64,000 nt of DNA from Squalus acanthias. Its lineage: Eukaryota. Every line of letters begins with the position of its first letter. Within the stretch, counting starts at the first letter, position 1. The position numbers and the translations under genes are program-made. The notes below the pieces were generated by a model, which ran no database searches, had not been told where the DNA came from, and was given only the letters and a program-made list of their open reading frames with translations. The stretch is taken from positions 43,216,001 through 43,280,000 of the forward strand of contig CM059432.1 of the NCBI GenBank assembly GCA_030390025.1, read 5' to 3'. Of this stretch, positions 36,628-49,082 are shown in pieces.

Positions 36628-37180
36628 TTAACCAATGTGTTATTCCCTTCTAAAGTGAATTTACACGTTTGGTTTTAAAGCAGCAAAAGATGACACAGAA
36701 GGACCCAATCGGGAAGAGCAACACAAGTAGGGAAAAGGAGGGAGGAGGGTGCGAGGGAAAGAAGGATGATGGCCTCATGTGGGCTTGCCTTTTTGTATAG
36801 GGAGCGTGTATTTTTGTATGGGAGTTTGCATTATTAAGTAATCATATGCAACCACTCACTGGTTTTGAAATGTGTTTCTGACCTAAGCTTCAAAAGGATG
36901 GACATCCCTAGCCTAAATAATATACTGAGATCTTCTTGCAATACAATCATACTTGCACTACTTATTAGATTATTATAAAATAGTGGTTAAATATGACATT
37001 TTACTATTAAGATTTTAAAACATTGATTAATGATATAAGGATTCTCCATTGAATCAGTATCTCCACGCGATGAGTAGCCGCAAACTCACTGCTGATTGGA
37101 TCTTGCTGCACATTGCACTGAGATAAAAGAAACACTGTGCATGGCAGGAGTGACCAGCACAAAATCCTAGTGAACACAAA

Positions 37181-38021
37181 GGGGGCGATTTTGCCAGCCC
37201 TGGGGAGGCGGGTATGGAGGCGGGACTGCTGGGAAAATGGCAAAATTCCCAACCTGCCCCCAACCCGCCTCCATACCATCTTGCCAGGAGGCGGGTAGCC
37301 GTCCCGCGCTGGGTCCCATCTCCTTGGAGGCGGGAAGCGATTAAAGCCTATTAACTGCCTGTTAACAGGTAGTTAACAGGCAGAAAATAGGATTATCCCC
37401 TTTTTGCCCTCACAAGTGCAGGCTTCCCGAAGGCTCCGAAACCTGCCAGCTCAGCTCAGCGAGTACTGGGTCTGCGGGGGTCGGGGGGGGGGGGGGGTGC
37501 AAAAGTGTGGTGTGAAGGTAAGTGATGGGTGAAAGAGTGTAGAGGTGAGTATCTGAGGTAAGTGCAAAGTGTTAGTAAAAGTGTACTTACCTTTGTTTCT
37601 CCCTTCAGGCTTCAGTCAATGTGTATGCGGAGAGCCTTGGACCTCTGTGTTGCAGATGAGAGATGGCTGTTGCATTCTCAGATGCAACAACCATCTCATT
37701 TCTGTAAAAGAAAGAAATTTGATGAGGTCTTGAATTCAAGACCTCATCAAACTGCGGAGAATGTCACTGTTTGACAGCTTCACAGAGCTGTCAAACGATG
37801 ACAATTCATCTGACAAAAATTTTTGACAGATGAGACGTCATACGTTGACGTTCTCTGCAACCGGCTTTCCCTTAATTGGCCTGCTAAGCCCGCTGGGCGG
37901 GCTTAACAAGGTTAATCAAGGGAAAATAGCGTGGGTTGGCCACAAATCGATGGAGGCGGGACATTGACCCGCCAAGCAGCAGTCCCGCCTCCAACGCGCC
38001 CCCATTAACAAAATCGTCCCC
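37181..38021. mobile_element. Harbinger-type MITE
   Basis: TIR GGGGGCGATTTTG / CAAAATCGTCCCC; subterminal GGAGGCGGG/CCCGCCTCC motifs as in the other MITEs. Confidence 0.78.
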
Positions 38022-38059
38022 AATGTCTCACCTTCATACTGAGGACACCCCCCATCATG

Positions 38060-38635
38060 TCCTACCATATCCAGTCAAGAATGGTGGTGGACAATTAGGA
38101 AACTAATGGGAGGAGGAGGGTCCAAAAACATCCCTATTTTCAACTATGGCAGAGCCAACATGTGAGTGCAAGAGACAATGCTGAAGAGTTTTTAACCAAA
38201 AACATTGAGTGGACAATCCTATTGGTCTCTTCCCAAGGTTTCCTCCATCATAGATGTCAGTGTTTAGCCAATTAAATTTACTCTACATGACATTAAGAAC
38301 CACCTGAGTGCACTGAACACTGCAAAGGTTGTGGGTCCTGACAGCATTCCAGCTGCAGAGCTGAAGACCTGTACACCAGAACTATCTGCTGCCCCCACCC
38401 CCCAGACAAGCTACTCTAGTGCAGTTATGATACTGGCATTTACCTGACAATATGGAAGATTGTCCAGGTATATCTGATCCAGAAAAAAAAAGGATAAATT
38501 AACCTGGCTAATTCCTGCCCTATCAGCCACCTCCCAATCATCTGTAAAGTGATGGAAGAAGTCATCCTGATCACTTAGCACCCACTCACCAATAATCTGC
38601 TCGCCAGCAACTAGTTCAGGCTCTGCCAGAATTGT
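38060..38635 (+). mobile_element. Decayed copy of the 26.4-28.1 kb LINE family
   Basis: CTGAGTGCACTGAACACTGCAAAGG..GCTGAAGACCTGTACACCAGAACTA aligns to 26584-26664. Confidence 0.8.
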
Positions 38636-38835
38636 ATGTCTCGACCCAGCTCAAAAAGGTTGGACATCCCTGGCCTAAACAATATGCTGAGATCTTCCTG
38701 CAATTTGAGTGTACTTGCACTGCTTAATATATTTTTATGACATGATGGTTAAAACATGCATACTAAGAAAATTACACTCTCTCCTTCATCTTTTAAAACA
38801 TGTCACTTCCCATGTGTGCACTGTATTAGAATTTA

Positions 38836-38868
38836 CCTATAACCTGGTGTTGTGCGACTTCTCATTTT
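38836..38868 (+). mobile_element. 33-bp Penelope-type pLTR tip with 12-bp target duplication
   Basis: TATAACCTGGTGTTGTGCGACTTCTCA (as in 6454-6480 and 44871-44897) flanked by TATTAGAATTTA twice. Confidence 0.82.
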
Positions 38869-40912
38869 TATTAGAATTTAGATTGAGATATAATCTGTGA
38901 ACATGATAGTGACTGCCACCTAAATTTGAAAGTAAAGTGTAATCTAGGTAGATCTGAATTGGAAATCTTGACAGTTTCGCAGCTCAAATTTTTCCAAAAT
39001 CGACACTGATTTTCTTCCCAGTAGAGTGCAATGAATGGATCTGGGTTAACCTTCCCCAACCAGAACAATAACTGTACAAATAGTTCAGCGGTAAGTCCAA
39101 GAGTATGTGTTTTAAAGGTGAAGTACAGGGTGTAATCGGTGCTTGCTTGAAAAATTAACCCATAAAGAAAAAGACTTGCATCTATACGGTGGCTATCACA
39201 TCTCAAAGTGCTTCACGTACAATCAATTACTTTGAAATGCCATGACAGTTGTTAATATCCACAGTATACATTTCCAGACATAGTGCAGAATTTCATGATT
39301 AATTGGCCCTGTCTAACACTGTACAGCTTAATCAATTAATGCATTATTTATTGATCTTTCTCTCGTGTCTCCTGCTGTCTTCTACTCCAGTTCAATTTCA
39401 ACAGGAACAACATGGAAAGATTTTGAAGGGTCAGCCCGACCCTGACTTGTCCATCATTGGAAATTGTTTCATGGGATAGTGAGAATATACTCACCAATGA
39501 TTATTTGAATATTCAAATAATTGTTGGCCACATGTAAATGGAAATCTAGTATTAATGCAGCAAACATTCATATTGCAGGTAGTTAGTATTCTTTCCACTG
39601 TACTATCTAGCCTTTAGTTTAATCACTTTGAATCTTTAAGATTTCACAGTTTCCAAAGAATTATACCATACATTTCATGTGAGTAATCATCCAATACTGT
39701 CTGTCTGTTCCAATAAAATATAAGGTAACAGTCTTTAAATTGTCAAATAGCATCATTTTGCTTTATTATTTGCAGAGGTATCTAATTTTTAAACTAAATT
39801 GTACTTTCTTTAAGCAGCTTGTGTTTTTAAGAGACTTATGGTAAGCAAATACAAGGGAGACATCCAAAGGATGCTCCCATGGAAAGTATGGTGAATATCC
39901 AAACATGCTTGAGATGGAGAGCCTCACCCATCAGGAGTGCACATCAGGAGATCAAATGGATGTTATTAACTCTAATGGATGGAAAATTGTGCCTGTGATT
40001 TCTTGATTATATATTTTTGGTGGATGATACCCACTGGCAATGAGTATTTGTAAAATGGGGCATTTAAAACTCACTTACTGTAGAATCCTTTCCCTCACCA
40101 CATGGAGAAAACATCTTTATATATGATTACTGCAAGTTCTGGAAAAGAAACTCCAGTAAATAAATTACAGAAATCATGTTAATTTAGTTAAGATTTAAAG
40201 GAAAGGGCACTGATTATTTTTACAATATGTTTTAAGCAAGTTTACAACGGCTTCTTACTTTTTGTTTACTGAATTGTCCAATACACCAGAGAGACTGCAC
40301 GTATTGTTTGACAAGAACTACAGGCAGTGCTAAAAGATAGCAGGGGTTTTATGGCACACTTTGTGTTTCTTGCTATAAGCTCCTGCTGTCTGGCAGATGG
40401 AGAATTTGGTACACCTGTTAACATATGAAACAAGTCATGTTAATAGGGATTGCTTTAGGGTGCAATTCTTTACAGGAGAATTTCTTAAATTGTCTCCTTA
40501 TTGCATATCTATCCTGGTTTATATTATCAAAATTTTTCCATAAGTTATATTTATATCCCAACTTATGTCTTAGTAAAATGAAGAATGACGATCTGATCTG
40601 TTTCACTGCATATGAAGTGCAACACAATGGGGTCATCTGAAATCAGGGGTCAGAGGCAAACAAGGCTTTCAATCATTTAATACTGAACCTTGCATTGCCA
40701 GGGAATGGAGACTCATGCAGCTTAGCTGTAGGTATGCCTGTAGTGTAGAATGAGTGTGAATACCCCAGGTCCTGATAACTCATTGGATAAATGCCCTTTG
40801 TGGTGAGATAGAGACATTAGGAAGTAGAGTTTATTTCCTAAAATATAAACAGAAAATGCTGGAAATACTCAGCTGGTCAAGCAGCAGCGGTGGAGTGAGA
40901 AACAGAGTTAAC

Positions 40913-42844
40913 GGGCTGGATTTTACTAACCTCGGCGGGTCCGTGGTGGGCGACATCAGTGGCGGGTCCCGACCCCGCTGCTGTCTCCATCTGAAATTAA
41001 TTTACCGTGATTGGACTTGTTAAGCCCGCCCAGCGCGTTTCCCGGCCAATTAGAGGAAGCGGGTCTGGTGACGTCATTTGATGACGCTTCCTTAGCCGGT
41101 TAAAGGGACCATGGCCAACTTTCTTTGACATTAGTGCTGTCAGTGTTCTACAGCATTAAGGTGCTGCAAACACTGACAATCACTGCACAGAGGTGCAGGG
41201 CTGCACCCAGGTTCTCCCATGACTCCCTCCATATGCTTATGGAGGGAGTCACAGCATGCAGGGAGGTCCTCGTCCCTTCCCATGGGCGGACGACTCCTCC
41301 CCAGGAGATCAACACAGCCTGGTTGCACATTGCACAGGAGGGCACAAGCAGGGATGTGGGCAGGAGGTCCTGGGTGCAGTGACACAAACCTTTCAATGAT
41401 CTCAGTAGATCACAAAATGTTAGTACAAAGCCACACTCAACCTCATCCTGCTGTGCCTCTCATCACATCCCCATCACTCTGCCTTCTGTACCCTACTCCT
41501 GCACATTCTAGACACAAAAGGCATCAAGGCGTATCGGGAGAGAGCGGGAATATGGTATTGAGATAGAGGATCAGCCATGATCATATTGAATGGCGGAGCA
41601 GGCTCGAAGGGCTGAATGGCCTACTCCTGCTCCTATCCTTACTCACACCAACTTACCTTGCACCTCCACCCATCCTGCTCTATCTACATTATCACATCCC
41701 TATCTCACTAGCCACCCCTTATACTCACCCTCATCCGAGTGTAATCATACCAACTAACAACACACAAGGGTAGGCACTTGGGTGTTTTATGCAATGTTCA
41801 TGCAAAGTTTCTGTTAATGTGGTGTCAAACATTGAAACCTTTATTTTCAACACTTTGCATTCTTGGACAGATTTGTGTGCACCTTTGGAAGTGGCTTAGT
41901 GAGTTGCAGTAAATGGTGAGACAAAATGGTAGCTCCACAATGGTCATGAGTGTGAAAGGAATGGCTTGGGCATTGTAGGGATGCTTTATGGTGTTGGTGT
42001 GGGGTGATGCCAACCTGACGCATCATGTGGCAGCCAGGGTGTACAGTGTCAAGTGAAGTAAATCTGGCCACTGTGAGGCCATCCCTGGCCTCCCAGGCAG
42101 CAATGTGATTGGGTGCTGATGCCCTGTGTCCTGTGCAGCTTCAGGTGATTGTGGAGAAGGTTGGTGTTGTTGTTGGTGCTACTGGTGTGCCTGGTGCTGC
42201 TTGTGTGCCTGGTGCTACTTGTGTGCCTGGTGATGCTGGTGTGTCTGGTGATGCTGGTTTTGGAACTGATCGTGGTGGGATTCTGAGGACTAAGGTGAGA
42301 GAGTTTCAAGGGCACCCATGCTGATGGAATAGATGGCAGGTGAAGTCGAGATGACAGAAGTGATCTGTCAATGGTGAGAGAGGTAATGAGGTCAGACTGG
42401 ATGGAGACTTGTGTAAAGACTTGCAGCATTCTGAATCCATAGTGGAAATGCAGCTTAGAGAAGCTAGTGGTTAAGGGAACATTTCTCAATCAGCTGGGAG
42501 CTTTGACTTGACATTTGAAGCTGTCAACTCATCAGCTGATTCACTGACCTCCTGCCTCAGCTTCACAGACAAAGTCTAGGCACAGCAGGAAACCGGTGGG
42601 CGACCTGTCAAATCCAAAAAGCTGTGAAAAAACCACTGATAAGTGGCTGTAAACAAGCCACTAATGATTTTAATTGCCCCCCCGCCACTGCGTGTCGGGT
42701 TTGCTCAGCGCTGACAGACCTGACATTTGGTAAAGGCGCGTGGCAGCAGGTTCACAGCGGGTTCCCGACCCGCTGGGGAAAAGAAACACTTTCCCACCCG
42801 ACCCACCACTGATCGCGCCCGCTGACCCCCACAAAATCCAGCCC
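40913..42844 (+). mobile_element. Harbinger deletion derivative (family C), complete with both TIRs
   Basis: TIR GGGCTGGATTTT / AAAATCCAGCCC, AAC target duplication; Myb-like exon 1 remnant (AAPRFSHDSL..REVL.P..AWLHIA). Confidence 0.9.
41509..41636 (+). mobile_element. Short CR1 3' end inserted in the family C element
   Basis: GGATCAGCCATGATCATATTGAATGGCGGAGCAGGCTCGAAGGG..CCTACTCCTGCTCCTAT; absent from the other two family C copies. Confidence 0.88.
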
Positions 42845-43345
42845 AACGTTTCAGATAGAAGACCCTTCATCAGAATTATTTCCTAATTTGTATTGAGTTA
42901 AGTGATCTCAGTAAAGTAGACAACAATTGGCTTTAACATTTCCAGACTAGGGAGGGAGGAAGCTGGGTAGAGTTCCACTCCTGATAGTTATCCAGCAACT
43001 CCTGCAGGAAGTGCACATGTTTGGATATTGGGTGAAAGACAGCATCAGATAAGCCTCATGGTTGAGTGCTCCATCAGCATTCACTGTCCAGACTGTCATG
43101 GGGTTCGTAACAATTGGATAATATCATCAGAATATCTAACAAGAGTATCACTCTGGAGCTTCATCTATGAAATCCAATATTAGAGAAAACAAGCTAACTC
43201 CAGATTAGACACAGATTGTCACTAAAAATGCAACAGAGACCAACGTCTATTGAACAGTTTGTGTATCTCACATTGACAGGCGTGAACTAAAATACCATTA
43301 CAAAATAATTCAGTGTAGCAGTTAAAATATTTAAAATAAAATGAA

Positions 43346-43667
43346 TTCATGAGTTCTTTGATGAGGTAACAGAAAGGGTTGATGAGGGCAATGCAGTTGA
43401 TGTAGTGTACATGGACTTCCAAAAGGCGTTTGATAAAGTGCCACATAATAGGCTTGCCCGCAAAGTTGAAGCCCATGGAATAAAAGGGACAGTGGCAGCA
43501 TGGATATGAAATTGGCTAAGTGACAGGAAACAGAGAGTAGTGCTGAATGGTTGTTTTTCGGACTGGAGGGAGGTATACAGTGGTGTTCCCCAGGGGTCGG
43601 CACTAGGACCACTGCTTTTCTTGATATATATTAATGACTTGGACTTGGAAGTACAGGGCATAATTTC
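43346..43667 (+). mobile_element. CR1 RT internal fragment
   Basis: EFFDEVTERVDEG..DFQKAFDKVPH..GVPQGS.LGP; matches 30250-30530. Confidence 0.88.
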
Positions 43668-44325
43668 TGCTGTGCCTAACAAGGGTGTGCTGGCCACAGT
43701 TCCCAGCCTCTGAATGGCCCCATACACACTCCCAATGCTGGCAGTGGCAGCTGATTTGGGAGATGGGTTGGGTGAGGGCGGGAAGGGCAGGTGGAAGACA
43801 TCTTATTTGGGTTGCTGCATACACGAAGCAGAAACCGGGTGGATCTGGGTTCCACCACAAATTCCTAGCACCCCACAGATAATTTGTTCAAGCTCCACCT
43901 CTTTTATCCAAGGAGTTTCAGGATTAATGTTCCATAAATTGTACTGGAGAAATGAAAAATGTAACTACATAGTATTGCATAGAATTTACATCACAGAAGC
44001 AGGCCTATTCATGTGTTTATGCTTCATACGAGCATCTTCCCAATATAATTATTTGAGTTCACCTCAACTACATGAAGGGCTGAATTAGAAATCCATATAT
44101 TGAAGGCACAAATTGGCAGTGCATTTCTAGATATGGCCTGCGACATTTTCCCCTGTTCAGTTGGTAATCTCCCCTTCCCACAGGAGTTCATGTTGATAGT
44201 CGGTACTCAGCCAGGTCATACTGGCACTCTTTTCTCATGATGCGGAGATGCCGGTGTTGGACTGGGGTGGACAAAATTGAGAGGTCGCACAACACCAGGT
44301 TATAGTCCAACAGTTTTATTTGAAA

Positions 44326-44367
44326 TCACAAGCTTTCGGAGCTATCGATTGCTCCTTCCTCAGGTGA
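44326..44367 (-). ncRNA. Minimal type I hammerhead ribozyme motif
   Basis: Reverse complement of 44808-44849. Confidence 0.78.
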
Positions 44368-44807
44368 AGTAAATTAGATACAGAATCGCCAAAGCATATA
44401 TAGATAGAAAACAAAGCATGTGTACTTTACAATTGCAATCGGGATCTTGGGTTTATGTCACGATACATGACGTGATCCGGACTCGAGTCGTCGTTAGCTT
44501 GTTCACAGATGTGATTCCCAGTAAAAAAGTAAAAATTTTCCCAGTAAAAAAGTAAAAAAAATTTTAAGCTTTTCGTTTTACATACAGACGGCAGCTTTTG
44601 ACACGTTAGAACCCCTGCGACTACACCTCATTGTCTCAGTTGTATCTTGCTATGTCTTTGATGTGGTACCTTCCTGGCTGACTTAATTAACTTTATCACA
44701 CCTCGGCAGATAGTCAGGATGATTTAATTTAGTGGTCTGCAATTGTAAAGTACACATGCTTTGTTTTCTATCTATATATGCTTTGGCGATTCTGTATCTA
44801 ATTTACT

Positions 44808-44849
44808 TCACCTGAGGAAGGAGCAATCGATAGCTCCGAAAGCTTGTGA
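44808..44849 (+). ncRNA. Minimal type I hammerhead ribozyme motif
   Basis: TCAC-CTGAGGA-A-GGAGC-AATCGATA-GCTCC-GAAAG-CTT-GTGA: cores, stem II, stem I (TCAC/GTGA), palindromic AGCT stem III. Confidence 0.8.
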
Positions 44850-45231
44850 TTTCAAATAAAACTGTTGGACTATAACCTGGTGTTGTGCGACCTCTCAACT
44901 CTTTTCTCACCCAGTTCATGCTGACACTCTGCCTGCCCACTCTTTTTCAGCTAATGCTGGCACTCTCCTTCCTCCCCCACCCAAAGCAATGCTCCCAGCT
45001 TCTGCTCTCTTCTACCTGACCACATCACACCCCCTCCCATTGCCCCCACCCCGGCCCCACTCCATGCATGTAAGATCATTGCAAAATAATGGCTGCTCTT
45101 ATACAATAGTTTATGGCAGCCTAAGGAAGGATGTAAGGAGCATATTTGCTTGCAATCAGGGACTATGATTTAATCACAGAATTACCTGTGGCCAAAATTT
45201 GGCTGGAATACTTCAGATATGCAAAAAGAAA

Positions 45232-45650
45232 AAAAGAAAGACTTGCATTTATATAGTGCCTTTCACGACCAGTGGACATCTCAAAGCGCTTTACAATCAA
45301 TGAAGTACTTTTAGAAGTGTAGTCACTGTTTAATGTAGGAAACGCAGCCAATTTGCGCACAGCAAGCTCCCACAAACAGCAATGCAGTAATGACCAGATA
45401 ATCTGTTTTTATTATGTTGATTTGAGGGATAAATATTTGCCAAGACACCGGGGATAACTCCCCTGCTCTTCTTCGAAATAGTGCCATGGGATCTTTTACG
45501 TCCACCCGAAAGAGCAGACAGGGCCTAGGTTTAACATCTCATCCGAAAGACGGCACCTCCAACAGTGCAGCATTCCCTCAGTACTGTACCAGAGTGTCAG
45601 CCTAGCTTTATGCGCTCAAGTCTCTGGAGTGGGACTCAAATCCACAACCT

Positions 45651-45684
<34 letters not shown>

Positions 45685-45697
45685 CATAGCTGACACT
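45232..45697 (-). mobile_element. DeuSINE (SacSINE1-like), full length
   Basis: Full reverse-complement match to 59024-59488. Confidence 0.9.
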
Positions 45698-47415
45698 CAA
45701 TTGTAACTTCCATGACCCATGACCATGCAGGGGTCATGGAAGTTGCAATTTATTCACCCACGCCATTTAATATTTTAAGAGGTACTAACAGAGATACAAA
45801 GGGAGTTATAGACCAGTATCCGAGGGAAGAGGAGATCAGGGTGATGCAACTTGGGGCTGGCCTTATTGGTCCAATGCAAACAGCTGAAGTTGCTGGCCAA
45901 TTTGCACAACATCTGGTACTACCCACACCTGAAAGAACTCGGGGAGCTTGGATGATTTCAGATGGAGGGCTTGCTGGGTCAGCACCAAGCACTGCGGAGA
46001 CAGGTGAGGCAGCGGCAAATGGTGCATCATATAGATTGTTTCATTGTCGAGGGAGGCCTTAAGAGTACAAATTGAAGCAGGTTGGAGGAGACACTTGGGC
46101 AATAATGCTCAAGGGCTCAGGGAAAGGCCTCTTACCTCACAGGCTGCATTTACAAAGGCACCACCATGTCCTGAGAGAGTCTGTTCAGTGTCACAGGGTG
46201 TTCAGGCTGAGATAGCTTCATGTGCTCCAGAGAGAGACATGGGAGGCCAGCTGGAACCAGAGCGAGCCATTCATTCAGTGCATCTATCTTATCTAGGTGG
46301 CAAATGGACACATGGAGGCAGCCGATGGAGGAAACCAGCTACCATCCTAAGACAAACTAGGGGAGTGCACTGTCATCCACCCCCATACATGGAACTTTGG
46401 TTGGCACTAGAGGTCAGATATATCAGACAGAGGGGTTGCATGTCCCTTGGACAGATTTCCCTGAATCTCATGGATTCCTGGAACCTGGTGGATTGGCACT
46501 CATCTAATGAGCAGTGTACGGTCTTCATAAGCAAGCAATGAGAGATCTGCCCTAGGGGGAGGGGGGGAGGGAGTTGGAAATCTATCTCATGTTTCAGGAT
46601 TCTTTTAACCATATTGCTACAGAAAGCATTCAGAAAAAAAGAGATACTTTTAAGTATTGCGTTTTTAAAGTAAAGGGTACTCACCCAAATCAAAACAGGC
46701 ACTGAGATGATAGGTGGTTAAAATGCTAATGATCTAAGCTTGGAGTTTGTTTCCCCATTGATTGTTAGCTTGTCTCAGCAAATGATAGCACTTCATACCC
46801 AAAGTGTTGGGAAGTCTCTTGTCCTTTCTGGCTGTGGAATACAAGGTAATTCAAAATCAGCGTCAGAGATACAAGCAATTAGTTATGGTTTTAAACAGAG
46901 GCAGTAAGGACAAGTTGTTTGCAGCTTCATGAGGAGAATGTAGAAGGGTAGTTAGAAGTTAATTTGCTCAAGTCAAGTACTAACATGAAGAAATGTAACT
47001 TATTCATCATTTTGGTATTATTATGCAAAGACAAGTTGTACTGATTGGATTACGTTATGTCCAAGTATAACTGCCGATCTATCTTTGAAAAGATTAAAGA
47101 AGCACATCAACAACAACAACAACTGTTGTAAAGAAGCACACATGCGAAAACCATGAATATCCAGTTCAGATCACTAAGAGATAGTATTGTTACACTCCTG
47201 GATTACGGTATTATATAGTTAATATTAGGTCATATGGGCACACTTCTTATGGGCATGACAATATTTAAGGCAAGGCCCTAAACTTATAAGCTTGCTATAA
47301 ATGCTCATTGTTGTTGTATTCTAAGAATCTGGAAGTACAAAATTATATTGGGCTCACAAGTCTTGAGTTATATTTATTTAATTCTAACATCCGATGTTAG
47401 AAATGACACAAAAAT

Positions 47416-48097
47416 GATTGGGCAGATGCATGGCAGATGCAGTATAATGTGGATAAATGCGAGGTTATCCACTTTGGTGGCAAAAACAGGAAGACAGATT
47501 ATTATCTGAACGGCAATAGTTTGGGAAAAGGGGAAGTGCAACGAGACCTGGGTGTCCTTGTGCACCAGTCGCTGAAGGTAAGCATGCAGGTGCAGCAGGC
47601 GGTTAAGAAGGCAAATGGTATGTTGGCCTTCATAGCGAGAGGATTCGAGTACAGGAGCAAGGATGTCTTGCTGCAGTTGTACAGGGCCTTGGTGAGACCA
47701 CACCTTGAGTATTGTGTGCAGTTTTGGTCGCCTTATCTGAGGAAGGATGTTCTTGCCATGGAGGGAATGCAGTGAAGATTCACCAGACTGATACCTGAGA
47801 TGGCAGGAATGACGTATGAAGAGAGATTGGGTTGATTAGGCTTATATTCACTAGAGTTTAGAAGAATGAGAGTGGTGAACCTGTGGAATTCTCTACAAAG
47901 GCAGTTGAGGCCAATTCATTAAATATATTCAAGAAGGAGTTAGATATATTTCTTAAGGCTAAGGGGATCAAGGGATATGGGGAGAAAGCAGGGACAGGGT
48001 ACTGAATTTGGATGATCAGCCATGATCGCATTGAATGGCGGAGCAGGCTCGAGGGGCTGAATGGCTGACTGCTGCTCCTATCTTCTATGTTTCTATG
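47416..48097 (+). mobile_element. CR1 (HER1-like) 3' fragment
   Basis: MQYNVDKCEVIHFG..KKANGMLAFIARG..RPHLEYCVQFW, 3' UTR and TTCTATGTTTCTATG tail. Confidence 0.93.
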
Positions 48098-48834
48098 ACT
48101 TCTCTGCCCAGACTTCCCTTGTCCTGGGTTTTCCTGCCCCAGACTTCTCTCCCTCTCCCATAACAGTAATCCCCTCCAGAACTCCCTGACGACTTACCTT
48201 AGGGCCTCCGAGGACACCGTCTCTGGTTTGGCCAGAAGTCTGATGCCCGATCATGCTTACTTATTTTAAGCTGAATAAAATCTTTTTAATAATGCTTGAG
48301 TGCCGCAAATTCTAAAGTATTATGAATTTTCAAGTAAAATTCAAATTGATTTATTTTAGGAGATTTTTTGTGTACACTGGGGCAAGGAATGTCAGCACTG
48401 AAGAATGCATATTTTACTTGTTGCACCCAGTGTAGGCATCAAACAGTCTTGATAATTATACAGTGTCAGGTATAACATGCAGAGTAAAGCTCTTTCCAAT
48501 CTATCGTAACAATATGTTCTAATCCAATCTTAGTAGAGCACTCCTTAATGTACTAGTGTGATATTTGTGTTTCTCACACCAGACACTTTGTAGCTCATCT
48601 GAATGAGAGTGCATTAGAAAGTGAATGTGGATTCCAAGACCCATACTACGGGGAGTCAATGGTGTACCTGAGGTGGGATTCCCACAATAGTGACTGGGGG
48701 GTGAGGGGTGGGGAGAGGGAAGGGGGAATGGTGTGGGAACTGATAATACTGGCTGTGGGAATTTTCCATGGGAGCAGAAACCGACAGAACTTCTGTCCAC
48801 CTCTGGAAACCTGTCATTATAAAAGGAGTGCAAT

Positions 48835-49082
48835 TTCTGACTCTGGTAAGGCTGGCATTTATTGATCATCCCTAGTTGCCTTGAGAAAGTGGTGGTTGGA
48901 CAAATGAGTAACTTGCCAGGACACTTCAGAGGGTAAGGAGTTTTTATTTTCAAATTTTCATTTAAAACTGATTTCAAACTTTCAAACTGCCATCTTGGGA
49001 TTTGAACTCATGTTCTCTGGAATATTAGTCTAGACCTCTGAAATACTAGTCCAGCAATATAACCAGTACACTACTGTATCCC
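48835..49082 (-). mobile_element. Decayed tRNA-headed SINE with LINE-shared tail
   Basis: GCATTTATTG..CATCCCTAGTTGCCTTGAGAA tail and GGGATTTGAACTC B-box on the minus strand. Confidence 0.6.

Larger units (their letters stand above)
40843..42877 (-). mobile_element. Penelope-type pLTR/hammerhead remnant split by a Harbinger derivative (40843-40912 and 42845-42877)
   Basis: AACAGAAAATGCTGGAAATACTCAGC..GAGTTAAC | AACGTTTCAG..CCTTCATCAGAA reconstitutes the 9749-9848 sequence. Confidence 0.82.
44238..44897 (+). mobile_element. Penelope-like insertion with inverted pLTR
   Basis: 161-bp inverted arms 44277-44437 / 44738-44898; 12-bp target duplication ACTCTTTTCTCA; centre begins with NRDLGFMSRYMT* (44437-44475), resembling a GIY-YIG ORF end. 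Confidence 0.9.

Noticed and set aside
45712..46560. Plus-strand ORFs of 116 and 165 aa
   Set aside because: No clear domain; possibly a decayed Harbinger Myb-like gene but not supportable by eye.
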